From positions 97,278,001 to 97,342,000 of the forward strand of contig OZ024741.1 in the NCBI GenBank assembly GCA_964016885.1: a DNA stretch of 64,000 nt, given 5' to 3'. A program made the translations under genes and the position numbers. Shown here in pieces: positions 58,597-64,000 of this stretch (position 1 is the stretch's first letter; each line of letters opens with the position of its first letter). Source of the DNA: Eledone cirrhosa. Lineage: Eukaryota. The notes beneath the pieces were generated by a model. It saw only the letters and a program-made list of their open reading frames with translations, made no database searches and was not told the DNA's origin.

Positions 58597-58799
58597 GCTT
58601 TCTCAAGCCAACAAATTATAAATCCAGAGACGTCTTCCTCTATAATCCTAATTGTAGTATCCCAGATTTTAAAAACTCTATAACTTACATTAAAGCAATG
58701 TTTTATTTATTCACACCTTCTCTATTGATGCTATTACGTTTTCCCATGTTCTCATTATTAGGGTATAAATGTTGAGTTTTCTCATACGTTAATCACTAC

Positions 58800-59065
58800 C
58801 TTGATTAAATCTTAACCATCTAACATCTCAGGGTATGTCATGTATCATTTTATTTTATCTGATGAGGACGTACTGTTGAACGTGATTCACGTACCTCTGA
58901 AATATGTATAATAACATTTAATTGATCACAAGAACATCTATTTTATTAGTATTTGAATTTAATATTATATTAATAACTCTGGAAAATATTTCTACCGTAG
59001 AGTGCTTCCAATCTACTGTAAAACTCATTCTTTCATGTACTCACTGAATCTTGTTTAACTCTTTA
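58800..59065 (+). mobile_element. Solo pLTR-like unit with hammerhead (family of 17.1-17.5 kb)
   Basis: TATTTTATCTGATGAGGACGTACT...TGAAATATGTATAATAA and GAGTGCTTCCAATCTA match 17321-17520. Confidence 0.82.
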
Positions 59066-59073
59066 ATATATAT

Positions 59074-59133
<60 letters not shown>

Positions 59134-59246
59134 TATTTATATTTATACGTATATATATAAATATATATAGAGTGAGAGAGAGTAGTAAATAGATAGATAG
59201 ATGGACACATACATACATACATACATACATCCATACATACATACAT

Positions 59247-59850
59247 GGTGGCTGCCAACTCGTTTTCGAGTACGGCCACTACTTTATATCCATGTAAGAG
59301 AACCCCTACCGATACGCTGAACAAGTGTGACTTTTTAGTCCAGCCAACGACTTGAAAACTGGTACAAACACTACACTTGTGACAATTATTGACACAGTGC
59401 TGGGCCCATGGTACCATGTGACGACAAGTGCAGAGAGATCTCCAGATATAAAGCAATGCCTGTGCCGTGAAGCTTTTATAGTGAGCAAAGGCACTGCACA
59501 AAGCCAGTCCCACTCTCTTAACCAAGATGATATTTACCAAAAAGAAGAACAAGTCAACATCATTGGATACCATCAGGGTTGCAGGTGTTATATCAGAGTT
59601 TTCCTTCTCCTAGAATTCTGCCTTGACAAAGGCTAAGGGGTCATCTCTCCCGGTGATTTTGGATGGCCATTGACTCTTAAGAGCTCCTTTTCCCTTTGAC
59701 AGGTTTTGTTTTTAGTCCTGAAGGATGTCCAAAGTCACCCTCCTCACCAAGAAACCTTGGTGGGGTTGCCAGTTTAGTCGCCAACGACCCGACCATGAGA
59801 CAGGTTGTACTGGGATACATGTTACCAGTAGCACCAACTGGTGACCTGAC
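59247..59850 (-). mobile_element. Bipartite non-autonomous RTE-derived element in (CATA)n
   Basis: Near-identical to 35451-36057, with the same boundaries. Confidence 0.85.
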
Positions 59851-60189
59851 ATACATACATACATACATACATACATACATACATACATACATACATCCAT
59901 CCATACATACATACATACATACATACATACATACATACATACATACATACATACATACATACATACATACGTACGAATGTACATACAGCAGGAACATTCA
60001 GTGGTAGGTCTTGGAGTTTCTAGACAGAGGAAAATGCTACATATGCCTGAAATACGCTTATAAGGTATTATTTGGCATTTCGACACGATGATACCTTATT
60101 TATTTCACATGTATAACATTTTCCACATTTACAAAACTTAACACATATACACATGTATACACTATGTATATAATGTATACATATATATT

Positions 60190-60286
<97 letters not shown>

Positions 60287-60428
60287 ATGTCTGCGTGCGT
60301 GTACGTATTCGCGTGTGTGTGTGCGCGCGTGTATGCATGTGTGTGTGTGTATAGTTAGTATATATCGAAGTTGTAGCCGCAATATAGCAGATAACAATCG
60401 AATTGTTTGAGGCAGTCACAAAGCACTC

Positions 60429-60540
60429 AATGGTTTAATTTAAGTGAATTCTAAGTTGAGAAAGTGTACATATTGACATACTTAAATGGTTTAATTTGAG
60501 TGAATCCTAAGTTGAGAAAGTGTACATATTGACATACTTA
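60429..60540. repeat. Tandem duplication of a ~56-bp unit
   Basis: AATGGTTTAATTT.AGTGAAT.CTAAGTTGAGAAAGTGTACATATTGACATACTTA occurs twice. Confidence 0.9.
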
Positions 60541-60751
60541 TACCACAACTAGGATACATAGAAACAGCTCGAGTTCTAACCTAGACCGCTTCGAGTAAAT
60601 AGGAATCGATAGAAATCTGCGATAGGTTTCTGGGACACCGGGAATCTGAACCAAGTGTTGCCTAATAGATATGCAAGTCAAAATGTTTTTTTTCTATTTT
60701 GGAATATATATATATATATATATGTGTGTGTTTGTGTATGTGTGTGTGTGT

Positions 60752-60853
<102 letters not shown>

Positions 60854-61469
60854 AATGACACGATTATGTTCGAGTTTTGAATTTTGTATTAGATTTTCAG
60901 CTCGTTTGGACCAACAGAATTCCTAAATCCGTTTTGCAATGTGCGTTTCAGGAAATTCCAAAATTCAACACGATTATGCGGAGTATTTCTGTCTTGTACT
61001 GCTTCATTTTACAGTTCTTTTTCCGCGAATATCGTGTTTGCTTTATTTCCAGACATTTTTACATGAAACTTCAGGCTAGATATATACACAATAAGACATG
61101 TAAGGCATGTGCATGATGATTGTATGATTAGCCATTATATCGCAATTTATGTATTAATCTGTGATACCTAGTTTGCATTAATAACAGAATGCATATCTCT
61201 GCAACACCAACATTTGAACTTCAATATCATCCTCACCTTGAAATCTTGTAAATCGTACCATGTACATTTACAATGATATCCAAGCGAAATGACGCCATCT
61301 TCAAGGGTATAATTCGACCATATTGACACGAATATATATTTTAGTTTAGTGTATATTTATTAAAGTGATATGCAAGTTTTTGCGACACAAAGTGACACAT
61401 TTTAGCATAGGTACAGACACAGAAATTGAGACAGATCGACACATATATAAAGTTATATTATTTCTGTCT

Positions 61470-61905
61470 GTGCATGGTCTGTTCGTCGGCGACTAATCTG
61501 GCAACACCACAAATCTTGTTTGGTGAGGATGTAATTTTGGACACCCCGTGGGATGAAAAACAAAAGCTGTCAAAGGGAGGAGGGACTCAGGGGAATCACC
61601 ATCCATCTAATATAGTTTTTGTTATGGAAGGATAGTCTCCTAGTCTTCTAGGAGAATGACACTCTGATATAAAACCTGCGATTTCGTTTGCAACCAATGA
61701 TGTTCAGAGAGTGGGATTGGCCCCGTGTAAAAGATGTTCTCACTTAAAAGAGCTTCAAGCATAGGCATCGCTGGACAGGTGATATCCTTTGCGATGCATG
61801 GTATTGCTGGATTTCGGCAATTCCCTAGCACGACTAAAAAGCTATATCCGTGATGTTCATGCTTAAGTATCAAGCGATGGTATTACTCGAAATCGAGTTG
61901 CAGTT
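61470..61905 (+). mobile_element. Old diverged RTE-derived bipartite element
   Basis: GGCGACTAATCTGGCAACACCAC, TTTGGACA, CTGTCAAAGGGA and CTAGGAGAA..ACTCTGATATAA are collinear with the younger copies. Confidence 0.65.
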
Positions 61906-61950
61906 ATCATCATCATTTATGTACGTATGTCAGTATGTATGTATGTATGT

Positions 61951-63500
61951 GCTCTCTTTCTCTTAATTTTGAGTATATTTTTGACCGGCCACCTTCCTGG
62001 TGGCAAGGTTTGAAAAGAAAAGAAATTGTCATCCCTTGAATCGCAAGAATGTTTTGCAAATTTTGAAGGTGCCAGCTATCGCAGCCATTTGTAGACTATG
62101 AATTAGGGAGATGCGCACTTTGTCCGCAAATGCAAGTTCAGTTATACATTGGTCCAAGCGGGTTGGTATATAACCCGTAGCTCCAATAATGATGTATGTA
62201 TGTATGTGTTATCTCTTTCTCTTAATTTCGAGAATATTTCTTTGACCGGCCACCTTCCTGGTGGCAAGGTTGTAAAAGAAAAGAAATTGTCATCCCTTGA
62301 ATCGCAAGAATGTTTTGCAAATTTTGAAGGTGCCAGCTATCGCAGCCATTTGTAGACTATGAATTAGGGAGATGCGTTCTTTGTCCGCAAATCCAAGTTC
62401 AGTCATACTTTGGTCCAAGCGGGTTGGTATATAACCCGTAGCTCCAATAATAATGGGAATGAAGCTAGAGGTTTATCTTGGATACTGGATTTGTAAACTC
62501 CTCATCAATTGTCCGTAGATGTCCTCCTTCTCCTCTATTTTTCTGACAACGTTTACATCAAGTGGGCAGCTTATCTCCACAACAGAACACGTTTTCAACG
62601 TGTGGTCTCAAACAACAATATCAGGCCGGTTGTGCTTTAATTTGGTGGCAGTTTTTATTTTCAGGTTCCACCAGTATTCCTTAGTGCCATCTGTCTCAAT
62701 ATATTCTTCCTCGTTTGTTGTTAATTTTGTTTTCGAAGTGCGTTCCAGATGGTTCTAGCTATCCCATCGTGTCTCATGGGGAGGTAGTAGCGAGATGACG
62801 TTCTTTCGCAGCTGGCAACAATGTGGCTTACATCCTCGATCTTTGTTTTACATAGCCTACATTTATTGTCAGCTGATGGCCCTCCCCTTTTGTGCAGCAG
62901 ATATTTGGTAGGGTGATTTGTTCCTGTAATGCATAGAGATATCCCTCAAGGTGTTTGTCATAAACTTGTCGGAACTCCATGCCAGGCTTTTTGAGTGGTT
63001 TATCCCCTCTATGGTCTGTGTTTTACGTCTCAAGTATCCATGCACACCTTTTTCTGTAAATAGGTCAATTTTTTTAAAATCTTGTTTGAACATTTAATAG
63101 GATCTTCCGATTTCTCTGGGTGAGAGATTTATATCAGGCTTTATTCTATATCTCTCCTCCAGATCAGTGGCTATTCTAATGATATTTTTTTTTCATGCTC
63201 ATAAACCTGGGCAAGATGGTTGCCAACCGTTTTCCTCTGTTGAAGATGTTGCTTCAGTGTTACTATCCGGGTCTGGGTTTTTGACCCCCGCCACCTTCCT
63301 TGCGTGAGAAGTATAGGCTATCCACATCACCATTGATGTTAAAGCTTCCAGTAACACTGATACGTTTGCGAGTTCTAACATCCATCTCACTTAGTTCTTG
63401 CAATGACCAGTTCAGGAGGCCAAATGCTGGCGTTAGAATTGGCACAGCATAAGTATTGTGGGCAATTGTTGTACGCTGACAGTTCTGATGACCATATTTT
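61951..63500 (-). mobile_element. R4/Dong-type LINE 3' half (RT thumb, CCHC knuckle, restriction-like endonuclease) with duplicated 3' end
   Basis: P.LT..FG..NW...EL...D..TRK...D..LY..RK.GG.G; CRLC....E.V.H..A.C.....Y..RHD; NRPDIV...VEISCP. Ends in (CATA)n. Confidence 0.87.
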
Positions 63501-63750
63501 GCCTTTACTCACTATAAAAGTTTCACGGCACAGGCATTGCTTTATATCTGGAGATCTCTCTGCACTTGTCGTCACATGGTACCATGGGCCCAGCACTATG
63601 TGTCAATAATTGTCACAAGTGTAGTGTTTGTACCAGAGTTTTCAAGTCGCTGGTTGAACTAAAAAGTCACACTTGTTCAGCGCATCGGTAGGGGTTCTCC
63701 TATATGGAGATAAAGTAGTGGCCGTAATCAAAAACGAGTTGGCAGCCACC
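63501..63750 (+). mobile_element. 3' part of the RTE-derived element, followed by (ATGT)n
   Basis: Reverse complement of 59247-59492. Confidence 0.85.
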
Positions 63751-63784
63751 ATGTATGTATGTATGTATGTATGTATGTATGTAT

Positions 63785-64000
63785 GTCAGGTCACCACTTG
63801 GTGCTACTGGTGACATGTATTCCAGTACAACCTGTCCCATGGTCGGGTCATTGGCGACTAAACTGGCAACCCCACCAAGGTTTCTTGGTGAGGAGGGTGA
63901 CTTTGGACATCCTGCAGGACTAAAAACAAAACCTGTCAAAGAGCAAAGGAGCTCTTAAGAGTCAATGGCCATCCAAAATCACCGGGAGAGATGACCCCTT
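63785..64000 (+). mobile_element. 5' part of another RTE-derived element, running off the window
   Basis: Reverse complement of 59635-59850. Confidence 0.85.

Overview
AT-rich, microsatellite-dense eukaryotic DNA. The SINE family and repeat make-up suggest an octopod cephalopod; this is inferred from recognition, not searched. I can support no host gene exon. Almost all ORF-track entries are translations of (TA)n, (CA)n or trinucleotide repeats. The real coding content is retroelement-derived. It comprises a Naiad-like Penelope-like element (PLE) in an inverted arrangement (11.5-14.5 kb), a near-intact Neptune-like PLE with RT plus GIY-YIG (17.6-20.5 kb), and a fold-back of two 3' ends of that family (48.2-50.0 kb). 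There is also a Tx1/L1-type LINE in (TATC)n, a CR1-group LINE, an R4/Dong-type restriction-like-endonuclease LINE, bipartite RTE-derived elements, mariner relics and tRNA-derived SINEs. The main signal is about 20 minimal hammerhead-ribozyme motifs from roughly ten unrelated PLE-type families. Most sit in small non-coding fold-back cassettes inserted in (TA)n tracts. These cassettes share one architecture: an inverted arm lacking the tail, then a sense arm plus tail. Many also share a short TGAGTRC/TTAGTAC motif near the insertion end. Two families carry a compensatory U3-A8 hammerhead core.
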